A stretch of 57,327 nucleotides of DNA from a virus (IMGVR_UViG_3300002145_000154:1-57327); one strand, 5' to 3'; counted from the first letter of the stretch, positions 8,183 through 17,282 are shown. Notes: generated by a model from the sequence alone, not told the origin. A program made the numbers and translations.

Positions 8183-9203
8183 AATAACCTACTGAGTTGC
8201 TCCGATGGATCGGTCTTCCGCACTGAGAACACGCTCTTGAATAGCTTGGCGACACGATCTTCATGCCCGGCTCTTCATCAAGGATTTCAGGTTCCTTCCA
8301 TTCACAGTCCTCAGGATACTCTGCCCATCCACACCCATTTTGTGTCGGCCCAGATGGAGCAATTTTGAGTTCTCCTGCAACAGAGACACAAATATCTACA
8401 GACCCAAAATCTTGGAAGAAGTCTTGGACGATCGGAACGGTGGTGTCTGTCTCTGGTTCCAGTTCTGGAGATTTCGGGTGTTGATAATTGTACTCTTCCA
8501 GGAAGTTTGCAGGATCATAGTGTTCGTCGAATGTTTGTTTGAATCGCTTTGACCAATTGAGAAGTATGGTCGATTCTCCGAACCGATTAACGAACTCTCT
8601 GATACTGACTGGTTCGGAGAACGGACGTTCCCACTCCCCTTTCCAACCATTCGCATCTATGATTTCCAAATCAAACTCTTCACACAATTCTTTCGGAGTG
8701 AATAACCGTCGTTCTCCATCACACCGTAGACAATGCCAATGGTCCGACTTATCCTGACAATCAGGACACTCCACACCAAAGACCCCTGGTTGTTCACTGT
8801 CTTTTGTTTGGACAGCCTCACGTTCTGCTTCTCTGTCTCGGTTCTCTTCCGCTGCTCGTTCATCTGAGTAGAGATTTGGGTATCTCGATTTCAGCTTCTG
8901 AAGATTGCCTGACATACAGTCTTCCAGCGTGATCTCGAGAGCGTTGCAGATTTGAGACAACCTCCAGAGAGCATCACCGACTTCTTCTTTGATGTTGACC
9001 TTGTCCAGTGGCTTACCATACTCAATCCACTTTTTCAAAGCAGCGTTCAGTTCTCCTACTTCATCAGACAGTCCCGTGATCCCGTTATTCAGTTCAATAA
9101 ACAACAACTGATCATTTGGGGACCAACTGTGGAATCTCTCCAACACTGTCTGTTGGTCTGCTTCAGTTTTCATTGCCAGAACTTGGTATTCGTTTGGGGT
9201 CAT
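8148..9203 (-). CDS. MazG-like NTP pyrophosphohydrolase with Zn-binding, acidic C-terminal extension
   Basis: GLSDEVGEL..ALKK...KEEVGDALW...NLQKLKSRYP; then CPDC/CLRC and CSQC/CANC pairs. Confidence 0.8.
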   Translation of the reverse strand: MTPNEYQVLAMKTEADQQTVLERFHSWSPNDQLLFIELNNGITGLSDEVGELNAALKKWIEYGKPLDKVNIKEEVGDALWRLSQICNALEITLEDCMSGNLQKLKSRYPNLYSDERAAEENRDREAEREAVQTKDSEQPGVFGVECPDCQDKSDHWHCLRCDGERRLFTPKELCEEFDLEIIDANGWKGEWERPFSEPVSIREFVNRFGESTILLNWSKRFKQTFDEHYDPANFLEEYNYQHPKSPELEPETDTTVPIVQDFFQDFGSVDICVSVAGELKIAPSGPTQNGCGWAEYPEDCEWKEPEILDEEPGMKIVSPSYSRACSQCGRPIHRSNSVGYCANCAATSRKG

Positions 9204-9388
9204 CTCTTACTTTCTGAACAGGAACTACAAACAGGCTCAACGCTGATAGTCAGCTCTTTCACACAACGATTACACACACTGCGACGACAGATCCCACACT
9301 CCCAGACAGGTCCTTCAGTCCACAAAGAAAATAGGAATTCACAACATCCACAACGGAAAACTCCTGGGTCCATATTTCATTCCCTGTT

Positions 9389-10006
9389 TCAGTACAAACG
9401 GACTTCCCACCAAACAGTCTTGCATCCTGAGATTGTACCGTACGGAACTGAATACGTGGAGAACTCAATCACATGACCTGGATAGCGGTCTAGCAGGACC
9501 TGTAACCAATCATAGTCTTCTGGTGGGAGATAGCTCTTCAAGAGGTTTTCCGCAACCACACCGCGTGCCTCACGTCCTCCCATGTGTAGAGCACTTCGCA
9601 TAGTTTCTTTGAGAGTGCTGAAGTAGAGGTACAACCCGTCTGGAGTTTGTTGTACTTCTCCTTGTAGACGAGTCTTTTCAGTTGGAGCCATCTCGCTGAC
9701 ATACCAGTCTTCGGATTTCCAACCGCTACTCAACAGAACACGATAGGTTCTCTGGAGAGCTTCTTCGTCTAAGTCGTAGTGTGTTGGACCTGATACTTTC
9801 CGACAACGCAGATGGTATCGACCTCTTTTTGGTTGTCCTAGGGAAAACTCCTCGACTGAGTTCCAGCTGGGTCCCGCATTACCGAATTCTCCTTTCTGAT
9901 AACGACGGACAAAGTCCCTCTTAGATAGGACTGGCCAGCTCACTGCTTCTTCAGACACTTGTGACACAGTTCTACGATCCCTTTCTTTGTCAACAGTTTT
10001 CCACAT
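9389..10006 (-). CDS. hypothetical protein, possibly ATP-grasp-like
   Basis: Clear 205-aa ORF. The fold guess rests on motif order only (SKRDF...PSWNSVEE...YHLR...YVSEMAP...WWEVR). Confidence 0.5.
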   Translation of the reverse strand: MWKTVDKERDRRTVSQVSEEAVSWPVLSKRDFVRRYQKGEFGNAGPSWNSVEEFSLGQPKRGRYHLRCRKVSGPTHYDLDEEALQRTYRVLLSSGWKSEDWYVSEMAPTEKTRLQGEVQQTPDGLYLYFSTLKETMRSALHMGGREARGVVAENLLKSYLPPEDYDWLQVLLDRYPGHVIEFSTYSVPYGTISGCKTVWWEVRLY

Positions 10007-10070
10007 TGCTTACATGCCCGTGGAACATCTTGCGTGTTCTTCCCTGTCCCGACTGTTTTCGTTGTGATTT

Positions 10071-10325
10071 TCATGAGTCGTCACCTATCTCTTCAAAGCG
10101 TTCAAGAATTACGTTTCGCATAATCATCTTCAGTGCTTGTCCTGCTTCGTTTCGTTCCATGCGGCGAAACTGGTTCTGGATATCCACCACAACGAAAACC
10201 TGCGGTTCACCTTCAATGATAATCTTTTCACCGATATTGAATTGAGCGTCGCAGTACGACGTGTCAATCCAATGTTCGTCATTCGTACCTTCAGGAAAAT
10301 GGAACGTATTCTTTGTTTTAATCAT
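10071..10325 (-). CDS. hypothetical protein
   Basis: 84-aa ORF in the operon. Confidence 0.5.
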   Translation of the reverse strand: MIKTKNTFHFPEGTNDEHWIDTSYCDAQFNIGEKIIIEGEPQVFVVVDIQNQFRRMERNEAGQALKMIMRNVILERFEEIGDDS

Positions 10326-10354
10326 TAGACCAGTCTTCTAGGTTTGTGTTGTTA

Positions 10355-10744
10355 TTACTCTGTCTGCACATCGATGTCGGGAATGATCGTTGTCGGCCTG
10401 AAGAACACACGATAGCGAAACGGGTCCGCCTTAACTGGATCTAGTTGCTCAACGAAATACGACATATTGTCCGACAGTCCAAGATAGTGTTTCTTGTACG
10501 ATTCTGGCCCAACCTTCGCGACGACTTCGAGTCTGTGTTGCGAATTGCTTTTCGTAACCGTCAACCGTCCTTCAATCGTCAGCATGTATTCCCCAGTGAT
10601 CCCGTTATAGAAGATACACCGGCGATTGATCTCGAAGTTGTGTGCCGCCAACGACATGTTTTCCGACACAACATCGGACTCTGCACGGCACCCTACGAAC
10701 ACCAACATCACCACCAACATCACCGTCGTTGTACATTTCTTCAT
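10355..10744 (-). CDS. phage lipoprotein
   Basis: MKK + hydrophobic stretch + lipobox VFVGC; NFEINRRCIFYNGIT...YKKHYLGLSDN..YFVEQ matches a widespread phage lipoprotein family. Confidence 0.75.
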   Translation of the reverse strand: MKKCTTTVMLVVMLVFVGCRAESDVVSENMSLAAHNFEINRRCIFYNGITGEYMLTIEGRLTVTKSNSQHRLEVVAKVGPESYKKHYLGLSDNMSYFVEQLDPVKADPFRYRVFFRPTTIIPDIDVQTE

Positions 10745-10794
10745 TGCTTCTTCCTTTGTCAAAAACACGACTAATCAACACATCACTGAGTTGG

Positions 10795-11136
10795 TCACTG
10801 AACAAGTGCTTGTCTGTCTAAGCACTCACAATCTTCTGAGATTTCAACATCGCTGCTCTTCCTGACATAAAGTAGGCCAGCAAGACCATAGTAACAATAC
10901 TCTTCCGGACTCGCTCCTTCGGGGACTCGTGAAAATTCCCAACTGTAGGCTGTGACTCTAAGAGACTGTCGTCTGAAGTCGTACGTGATTTCAATAGGAA
11001 AGGTTCGTTGTAACACTTGTGGATACAACAAACGAAACACTTGTGTGTTGTGAATGTAGAACACACCTACTCGTCCTTCGTTGAACACGTTGCTGTAAGG
11101 ACCTGACATTTCACCATAAGGATTTTGTAGGGTCAA
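10795..11136 (-). CDS. hypothetical protein
   Basis: 113-aa ORF with GAGGAG RBS. Confidence 0.55.
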   Translation of the reverse strand: MTLQNPYGEMSGPYSNVFNEGRVGVFYIHNTQVFRLLYPQVLQRTFPIEITYDFRRQSLRVTAYSWEFSRVPEGASPEEYCYYGLAGLLYVRKSSDVEISEDCECLDRQALVQ

Positions 11137-11185
11137 CTTGACACTCCTCTCTGGACACTGTTTGTTTGGAAGATTTCAACGACAA

Positions 11186-12322
11186 TCAGTCTTTCTTCAA
11201 GTGGTTTTGTTCCCAGTTGGTCTGTCGTCGTTGCAGCCACTCAATACCTGCTTGTCTCCAATCTGGAGCTTCACATGTAGTGCGTAACAAGTTCAGTGCC
11301 ATCGAGTACTGTCTCCGTTTGTGTAGTTCAAACGCATAACACATTGGAGCAGCTACTCTCTGGAGAAACGGTTCTGACCAATTCCGAGTCCAGTCCTCGT
11401 TCGTGACGAATGCTTGGACCTCTCTATCAAAGACCCCTCTATCACAAACAAAGGGTTGTTGCCAAGGAGCGATTTCGTCATAGTTGGTGTCTGTACAAGC
11501 TTCCAACCACTTTTCAGGATGGAAACCAGAGTTAGTGTCCAGGTACACATGGAGATCAGAAGAGATTTGGTGGTATTGACCAACTTCTATTCCTAGACAA
11601 CACGCGATATACTCCTGTAGGAAACTGAAGTGAACAACGTTGGCTCCGAGCATCCCATAGATCGCGTCATTGGATCGATTGAAGACAGTCATGTCAAGAA
11701 CTTTTGGACTGAGTTGCTCTCCAGGTGTTTTGGTTGGGTGGTAAGGTCCAGCGACTAACCCGTCATCAGGGTCTCTGATCGAAAACACCACAGACAAATT
11801 GCAACAAACATCTTTTGATGTGTCCAGTTGTAACAAGTCGTCTTGAACATTCCACATCTGGAGAACAGCTCTTCGAGAGTTTGGGGTTTCTCGAAGATGT
11901 TCAACGAGAAGACATAGTTGGTCAATCCCATTCAGATCTGAATCCACTCGGTCCTCTACACAGTCATCCACTTGGGCATGTCGCCAACGGTATCCGTAGG
12001 CACCGTTGAGAGTTTCCCAGTCGTCGGAGTAGTTTCCGAACGTAGAAACATATTTCAGCAAAGGCTGAAGATCGTTCCGACCAGCAAGCATCCAGAGTGA
12101 TTCGAACAAATGAAAGAACGGATTGCAGTTACGAACTGAATTGAACAACACACGTTCTCTTGGGTGTGTGTATGTCACAATGACTGGTGTGGAGAACTTT
12201 CTTGTTTTTCCGTTCCTTGTGTTCACCTCAACGATTGTTCCATTGGCTAACAGTTCCGGGTCTCGGAGATCGCTAACCAACTGTTCAAAAGCTGTGTTGA
12301 CATTTCGTGTCGTGTAGTGCAT
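11186..12322 (-). CDS. thymidylate-synthase-fold enzyme, probable dUMP hydroxymethyltransferase
   Basis: NPFFHLFESLWML, GAYGYRWR, SRRAVLQMW, catalytic DVCCN, NRSND, GANVVHF (Asn at the dUMP-specificity position), DLHVY. Confidence 0.85.
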   Translation of the reverse strand: MHYTTRNVNTAFEQLVSDLRDPELLANGTIVEVNTRNGKTRKFSTPVIVTYTHPRERVLFNSVRNCNPFFHLFESLWMLAGRNDLQPLLKYVSTFGNYSDDWETLNGAYGYRWRHAQVDDCVEDRVDSDLNGIDQLCLLVEHLRETPNSRRAVLQMWNVQDDLLQLDTSKDVCCNLSVVFSIRDPDDGLVAGPYHPTKTPGEQLSPKVLDMTVFNRSNDAIYGMLGANVVHFSFLQEYIACCLGIEVGQYHQISSDLHVYLDTNSGFHPEKWLEACTDTNYDEIAPWQQPFVCDRGVFDREVQAFVTNEDWTRNWSEPFLQRVAAPMCYAFELHKRRQYSMALNLLRTTCEAPDWRQAGIEWLQRRQTNWEQNHLKKD

Positions 12323-12323
12323 C

Positions 12324-12887
12324 TCACTCTGCTCCTTGTTTTTCTAGAAGGGTTTCCAACTCAGTGATTAAGTGGGTCATCGGGTCCTGAGATTTCAAGT
12401 GTAGGGAATTCCCACGTGTTGGAAACACGATAGAATGCCCTCCTGCCTCTCGGAACTTTTCTACATTATAGTCTCTGTCGTCGATCAAAACCGAACCAGA
12501 ATGAGCCATCAGGTGTTTGTGTGGTGTCAGAACGAATCGATCGAACTGTTTCCCGAAGAAGTTCTGAAGCCACTTGATTTTGCCCGTCCTGGAATCTATC
12601 TGCCATGACGGAGAAGAAGCGATGTACCATTCTTCTGGAAAAAGCGATTCTACAATATCTACGACTTCATGGGCCCACGGCAAAGGTTCTAGATCAGTCC
12701 AGAACTGTTCACCAGCCTCATTAATCGGTCTCCAGAATTGTCCTGGTGTCAGGCCGAGCGGCGTGTTGATGTCCCAACTCCCCGGAGTACGAACTTTTTC
12801 AAGGTCTTCTACTGAAAAACCGTGAAGAATTAAGGCTCCTTGCGTGAAATCAGTGATTACCTCGTCCATATCCAGGAGAATTCTCAT
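12324..12887 (-). CDS. HAD 5'(3')-deoxyribonucleotidase
   Basis: LLDMDEVITDF, FWTDLEPLP, IASSP, GKIKWL, LIDD. Confidence 0.85.
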   Translation of the reverse strand: MRILLDMDEVITDFTQGALILHGFSVEDLEKVRTPGSWDINTPLGLTPGQFWRPINEAGEQFWTDLEPLPWAHEVVDIVESLFPEEWYIASSPSWQIDSRTGKIKWLQNFFGKQFDRFVLTPHKHLMAHSGSVLIDDRDYNVEKFREAGGHSIVFPTRGNSLHLKSQDPMTHLITELETLLEKQGAE

Positions 12888-12904
12888 GTGTTTTCTCTAC
12901 TTTC

Positions 12905-12997
12905 AAAAATCTTGGAAAATTTTCTAGAATAGTCTACGGGGACTATTTACTTTCTACCGATACAAAGTATATTCCGCTCACGGCAATGCGGTTCACT
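12905..12997 (+). promoter_or_regulatory. phage promoter/operator copy 1
   Basis: A/T tracts, AATAG-N10-CTATT dyad (12928-12947), TTTACT-N16-TATATT, downstream GGTTCAC; shared with the 30.3 and 33.1 kb copies. Confidence 0.7.
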
Positions 12998-13024
12998 GAA
13001 ACTTATCTTTCACGGAGCAAAACA

Positions 13025-13270
13025 ATGAAAGTCACTTTCAACAACAACGAATACGTTCGAAGTCATGCCAAGAAACCCCGAGGAGGAGTCCGAGGCAGTT
13101 GGGCGTTCCAGATCGTCGAGATCAACCAATACCAAGGCGAAGGAGAGATACATTTCAGTCCTTCAATGACCTTGGCCGAAGCAAAGAAGTGGGTGATGAG
13201 TCTTGTCAGGGAGGAAGCAATCCAACTTGTCCCAGCTGCTGATGCTGTTGATGTTGCGATTCTTCCGTAG
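13025..13270 (+). CDS. hypothetical early protein
   Basis: RBS cacggagcaaaacaATG; H.KKPRG..RGSWAF motif; first gene after the promoter. Confidence 0.7.
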   Translation: MKVTFNNNEYVRSHAKKPRGGVRGSWAFQIVEINQYQGEGEIHFSPSMTLAEAKKWVMSLVREEAIQLVPAADAVDVAILP

Positions 13271-13335
13271 TCTCTTGGACCTCTTCAAACCCAGGCTGTT
13301 TCTCCTTCTACCCTATCCTTCCACGGAGCAAACCA

Positions 13336-13809
13336 ATGAGAAATGCAAAGACCGACATTGAAACCCTTATCGCTAAGTATAGCCTGACGGAAGTCATCGC
13401 TTGGGAGCGTGTCCGAGAATTGAGTACTTTCGACGACGAGGGATTTCGTGACGAGTTGCGGGGTTCTTGGACAAACGCGAGTCGCGTTTGGGTGGGTGGT
13501 ATTGGAGCAGGACTCAGCGTTGTGATTTGTGAGTTCTCCGGTTCATGGCCATGGTACAACGTAATCGTCTCAGAAGCTGTTCCAGTTAATACAGCCTGGG
13601 TGAAGATTGAAGACCAAAAACGAGAACCGCTTGGCTACGCAATAACGACAGATTGGAACGGCGAGCGAGCCGGCAGCGGTATCCCTAGGATTCCAGAATC
13701 TCTCCGAGGCTTTATGTACCGGGTCACGACGGGTGGCGATCACAAGATTCTTCCCGAAGATGTCATTTCCTACTTGGTTTCCCGGATTCAATCGAACCCA
13801 AACGGGTGA
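13336..13809 (+). CDS. hypothetical protein
   Basis: RBS cacggagcaaaccaATG, almost identical to that of the previous gene. Confidence 0.65.
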   Translation: MRNAKTDIETLIAKYSLTEVIAWERVRELSTFDDEGFRDELRGSWTNASRVWVGGIGAGLSVVICEFSGSWPWYNVIVSEAVPVNTAWVKIEDQKREPLGYAITTDWNGERAGSGIPRIPESLRGFMYRVTTGGDHKILPEDVISYLVSRIQSNPNG

Positions 13810-13904
13810 TTTTGGGTCGAATTGAAAAATTCCTGAGATTTTGTGTCCTACTGACTAGTCCGGTTTTGTTTTCCAACGTACACTCATACAAGGAGGTACC
13901 AATC

Positions 13905-14096
13905 ATGATTCAAGAGACAATCAAGCGAACGTTCGGTGAACTCATGGTCGGGGATATTGTGATCCTTGAAGACAACACTGAGTTCACCATCCTCTCCGTC
14001 CAAACAAACCGAAGCCGTTGTAAGGCGTTCGGACGAGTAGACGGTGTGACCCGTCTAGTTGAATTCGATGGCTTGGTAACATGCGTTGCCGAGTAG
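13905..14096 (+). CDS. small SH3/KOW-like protein
   Basis: AGGAGG RBS; ELMVGDIV beta-rich 63-aa protein. Confidence 0.6.
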   Translation: MIQETIKRTFGELMVGDIVILEDNTEFTILSVQTNRSRCKAFGRVDGVTRLVEFDGLVTCVAE

Positions 14097-14140
14097 TTTC
14101 CCGGACCATTTCAGGTCCACAATCCCTTGTGTCAGGAGCA

Positions 14141-14596
14141 ATGATGACAACGACGACGACAAAGAAGGCGACGACAAAGAAGGCACCCGTCAAGAAAACC
14201 GCAACAAAGGAAGCTACCCCGACTGCAGCTAAGAAGGAAGTTGCCCCGACTGCAGCTAAGAAGGAAGCAACAAAGAAAGTTCCTGCAAAGGAGCCCAACA
14301 CTCCCCGTAAAGAGAGAGAAGTGGCTGACCAGACAGCTAAAGAAATTCGCTGGACGCAAAAGAAGATTGATCTTTTCGCGGCATTCAAGGCTGCTGGTGC
14401 TGTGTCGGAAGCTACTGCCAAACGAATCGAAGAAATCGCTGAGGCAGGCGGTCTGGCTGTTGCAGCTGCTCGCCATCAAGTCAATCCCAAATTCGATTTG
14501 ACTGTCCAGGAATACATCGGTTCTGCTGTGATCGAGGGAGCACGAGCAACCTGTTACTTCTTGACCAAAAAGGGACAGAGCAAAAAGTTCGACTGA
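14141..14596 (+). CDS. histone H1-like (Lys/Ala/Thr/Pro-rich) DNA-binding protein with possible wHTH
   Basis: TTKKATTKKAPVKK...PTAAKKE repeats; C-terminus ends in YFLTKKG, as in winged helices; AGGAG RBS. Confidence 0.65.
   Translation: MMTTTTTKKATTKKAPVKKTATKEATPTAAKKEVAPTAAKKEATKKVPAKEPNTPRKEREVADQTAKEIRWTQKKIDLFAAFKAAGAVSEATAKRIEEIAEAGGLAVAAARHQVNPKFDLTVQEYIGSAVIEGARATCYFLTKKGQSKKFD
14217..14267 (+). repeat. 27-nt-period coding tandem repeat
   Basis: ccccgactgcagctaagaaggaag at 14217 and 14244. Confidence 0.85.
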
Positions 14597-14623
14597 GCCT
14601 CCTGCTCTGTCCAGAGAAAGTAG

Positions 14624-14658
14624 AACTCGTGGCTCGAAACCGGGTCACGAGTTTTTTC
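14624..14658 (+). terminator. intrinsic terminator between convergent genes
   Basis: aactcgtggctcg-aaac-cgggtcacgagtt followed by a T run. Confidence 0.8.
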
Positions 14659-14662
14659 GTTC

Positions 14663-15034
14663 CTACTTTTCTACGAGCTCGTGGCAAAGAAGGACCACAG
14701 TCACCCAAGGAGCCAGACGGTTGATTTCTGTGGCCTGAACCGGGTCGTCTTCGAAGTGAAGTAGAACCTTGATATCCTCCTCATTTTTCAAACGACTGAA
14801 CACAGTCCCCTTGTGTTGCCCCGAAGTTACACGGCTCCGTCCATTGAACGGTAATGGGTTCAGGTAGAGACGTTCTGGAGAGATGCCTCGACTTCTCAGC
14901 ATATCTTCCGTTTCTTCTCGTTGCTCAAACGACCGCCCCGAAACGATTATGTCGTCCGGTCCAGGGTAGATCCCCTTGTGTCGGGGTCCCATCCATATCA
15001 CTCCGTCGATGTCGTAGGAGTTGACGTAAATCAT
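14663..15034 (-). CDS. minimal HAD phosphatase (candidate inositol-phosphate phosphatase)
   Basis: YDIDGV, VSGRS, HK and HFEDD HAD motifs I-IV; lies downstream of MIPS. Confidence 0.8.
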   Translation of the reverse strand: MIYVNSYDIDGVIWMGPRHKGIYPGPDDIIVSGRSFEQREETEDMLRSRGISPERLYLNPLPFNGRSRVTSGQHKGTVFSRLKNEEDIKVLLHFEDDPVQATEINRLAPWVTVVLLCHELVEK

Positions 15035-15053
15035 CAGATTCTCCGAATGGTTT

Positions 15054-15294
15054 GATGTAAGGACCTGGGTGATCCCAAACGGAACGCTATGCCTGGACTT
15101 AACCCTTATGCCCGCCCGCAGGTAAAACCTCCGTGACGGTCCTTGTAGGGTCCTCAGGTTTGAGTACAGAAACCCCCCAAGGGATGTAAGGAGCCAGGTG
15201 ATCCTGTAAGGAACGCTGTCATCAGGCCGTAAGTTACTCCCTAACCTACGTACAAAACTCCGTAGCGGTCCTCTCAGGTCCTCAGATTGTGAGT
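15054..15294. repeat. two imperfect direct repeats, period 129 nt
   Basis: gatgtaagga..ggtgatcc..ggaacgct...ctccgt..cggtcct..ggtcctcag..tgagt at 15054 and 15183. Confidence 0.8.
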
Positions 15295-16437
15295 CCGTAA
15301 TGAGTCAGTCAGTTCTCGATTCGCTAGAGCCTGACACTCCTTGTAGGCATCTTGAATCATCATCTGCTGGGGAGGTGATTTCTGAGTTGCTGCTGAAGGA
15401 CCTCTGAGAGCACCTACGAGCCCCAACTCCTTCGCGACCTGTAAGTACCTGATCGCATCAATAACAACGCCTGCAGAGTTTGGTGAGTCCTGTACGGAAA
15501 GTTTCGCATCGAACTCGACTTTGGCCCCGCCGAACCCAGTTGCCTCGATACGGAAATGGGCGATTTTGTTGTCACCGAGGTGTGGGATATAGCAGGACGG
15601 TCCCGCATGAATCCCGTCTTCCGGGACCGGAATCCCTCGAATATCATTCTGACTTCGAATCACGTTTTCTTTTGAGATTTTCTTCGAAGAAAGACGTGTC
15701 TGATCGACCATATTAAGAAAGTCAGTGTTTCCTCCGTAATTGGTTTGACAATGGAACTGAACGTGCATGCCTCGGTTGAAGAAAAGTTCTTGTAAAGCCT
15801 GAGACATAACAGAAGCACCGAGTTGAGACCGCATATCATCCCCGATTGCAGGGATGCCGGCTGCTCTAATACGATCTTCCCACACTGGATCAGAAGCAAT
15901 AAACACTGGAATACAATTCACGAACGGAACCCCAGCAATAAGACAACCAGAGATATAGAACTCAGTTGCCTCCTGAGAACCCACAGGAAGATAGTTGAGC
16001 ACAACATCAACCTCATAATCTATGAGGTCGTTAATAAACTTGCTGGAAGACAATTCAGGTCTATTTGAAACCCGAACACTCTGATGAGCTGGGTAGCTTG
16101 CCATGTGAGGAGCCACTCCATCAAGGACTTGCCCCATCTTGACTGGACAAGTACCATCAATCACAAAATTCAAAACATCATCTTCTCTGTAGTCCTGGAA
16201 GAAGCTCTTTGCACAATTCGGTTGTTGGTATATCGCGTCGGCCAAATGTCTCCCAACTTTCCTATCGTCTACATCATAAGCTAGCACAAACTCCAGGTCT
16301 TCTGCTTTGTACCCTCCAATTTCAACAAAACTCAGTCCGTCAGTGCTTTCATTTTCAGTGTAGAGGCCCACTCCTTCTATCAAGGATTTGGCACAGTTAC
16401 CTACCCCAACAACGCAGACACGGATTTTCTTTGACAT
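15274..16437 (-). CDS. ino1: myo-inositol-1-phosphate synthase
   Basis: VGVGNCA Rossmann motif, NYLPVGS, GDDMRSQLGAS, NYGGNTDFLNM, SKKISK, DNK, DSPNSAGVV. Confidence 0.93.
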   Translation of the reverse strand: MSKKIRVCVVGVGNCAKSLIEGVGLYTENESTDGLSFVEIGGYKAEDLEFVLAYDVDDRKVGRHLADAIYQQPNCAKSFFQDYREDDVLNFVIDGTCPVKMGQVLDGVAPHMASYPAHQSVRVSNRPELSSSKFINDLIDYEVDVVLNYLPVGSQEATEFYISGCLIAGVPFVNCIPVFIASDPVWEDRIRAAGIPAIGDDMRSQLGASVMSQALQELFFNRGMHVQFHCQTNYGGNTDFLNMVDQTRLSSKKISKENVIRSQNDIRGIPVPEDGIHAGPSCYIPHLGDNKIAHFRIEATGFGGAKVEFDAKLSVQDSPNSAGVVIDAIRYLQVAKELGLVGALRGPSAATQKSPPQQMMIQDAYKECQALANRELTDSLRTHNLRT

Positions 16438-17282
16438 TCTGCAACCTCCTTCAAGAATCCAGGGGAACTCGTTGTGGTCTTCAGCTTTGTGCTGAAGCGG
16501 CGATTAAAGACTGGCTTTGAGGTCACCTCAAACACAGTACCAGTCTTCTGAGTGTATTGTATACGATCTGTCTGTCTCGAAAGTCTAGGATACTCTTTCT
16601 GGAGTAGATCATAGAACTCTCTCTGTTCCGTAGCCCGATCAAACGACTGAAGACCTCCAGGGAGGGTAGACAGATCAGCTGCCCAACAATACTTCCCGAT
16701 CCGTAAGGTCACGAGTTCTTCCAGTAACAGGTGGGCTGAAGCTACAAATTCTTCATGGTATCCTCTTGTTACTTCTGGAACAAACCAGGACTCTGTACGT
16801 ACGATGTAAGTCGTTTCGAACATTTTATTCACATGAGTCACATCTCTCCAATCTGAATGGAAATACTTGGAGGGGAAACTCAGACCTCCCAGACTGAGTC
16901 CAGCCTCTTCTGTCACAGAGGAAAGGTCTGAAAGAAGTGTGAGACAATCGTCTAACATCTTTCCCTGATCAGACTTGGATGAAACCCGGGAATGATCATA
17001 CCAGTGATGAATGTCGTCGTCCATTTTCCAAACAAACTCAACACCTGAGGACTGGCAATGTTTCTTCATTGCTGACAGAGCATGACCAAGTCCCTGATCG
17101 TTGTGTTTGAGCACTACTAACCGACCCTCTTCCACTCCTGCTTCAAGGTACGAACCAACGTCTTGTGGTTCAACAAACACAGACCAATCCACGTTGGTAT
17201 GTTGTAGTATTTTCGCAGTTTTTTTGATGAAAATTTCTGCCCTTGCTTTAGAAGGAACACAAATTTTGACTAGGCTATTCAT
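16401..17282 (-). CDS. GT-A glycosyltransferase, TET-associated (TAGT)-like
   Basis: ICVPSKARA, VFVEPQD..SY, WKMDDDI, late PGGLQS motif; start reassigned to ATG 17282. Confidence 0.7.
   Translation of the reverse strand: MNSLVKICVPSKARAEIFIKKTAKILQHTNVDWSVFVEPQDVGSYLEAGVEEGRLVVLKHNDQGLGHALSAMKKHCQSSGVEFVWKMDDDIHHWYDHSRVSSKSDQGKMLDDCLTLLSDLSSVTEEAGLSLGGLSFPSKYFHSDWRDVTHVNKMFETTYIVRTESWFVPEVTRGYHEEFVASAHLLLEELVTLRIGKYCWAADLSTLPGGLQSFDRATEQREFYDLLQKEYPRLSRQTDRIQYTQKTGTVFEVTSKPVFNRRFSTKLKTTTSSPGFLKEVAECQRKSVSALLG

Noticed and set aside
11186-12322. dCMP hydroxymethylase (T4-like hmC pathway)
   Set aside because: The specificity residue is Asn (GANVVHF), not Asp, and the neighbours are hmU-pathway genes.
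15274-16437. MIPS as a simple auxiliary gene for lipid, mycothiol or compatible-solute synthesis
   Set aside because: No CDP-alcohol phosphotransferase or related partner, and it overlaps the DNA-modification operon. Disfavoured rather than excluded.
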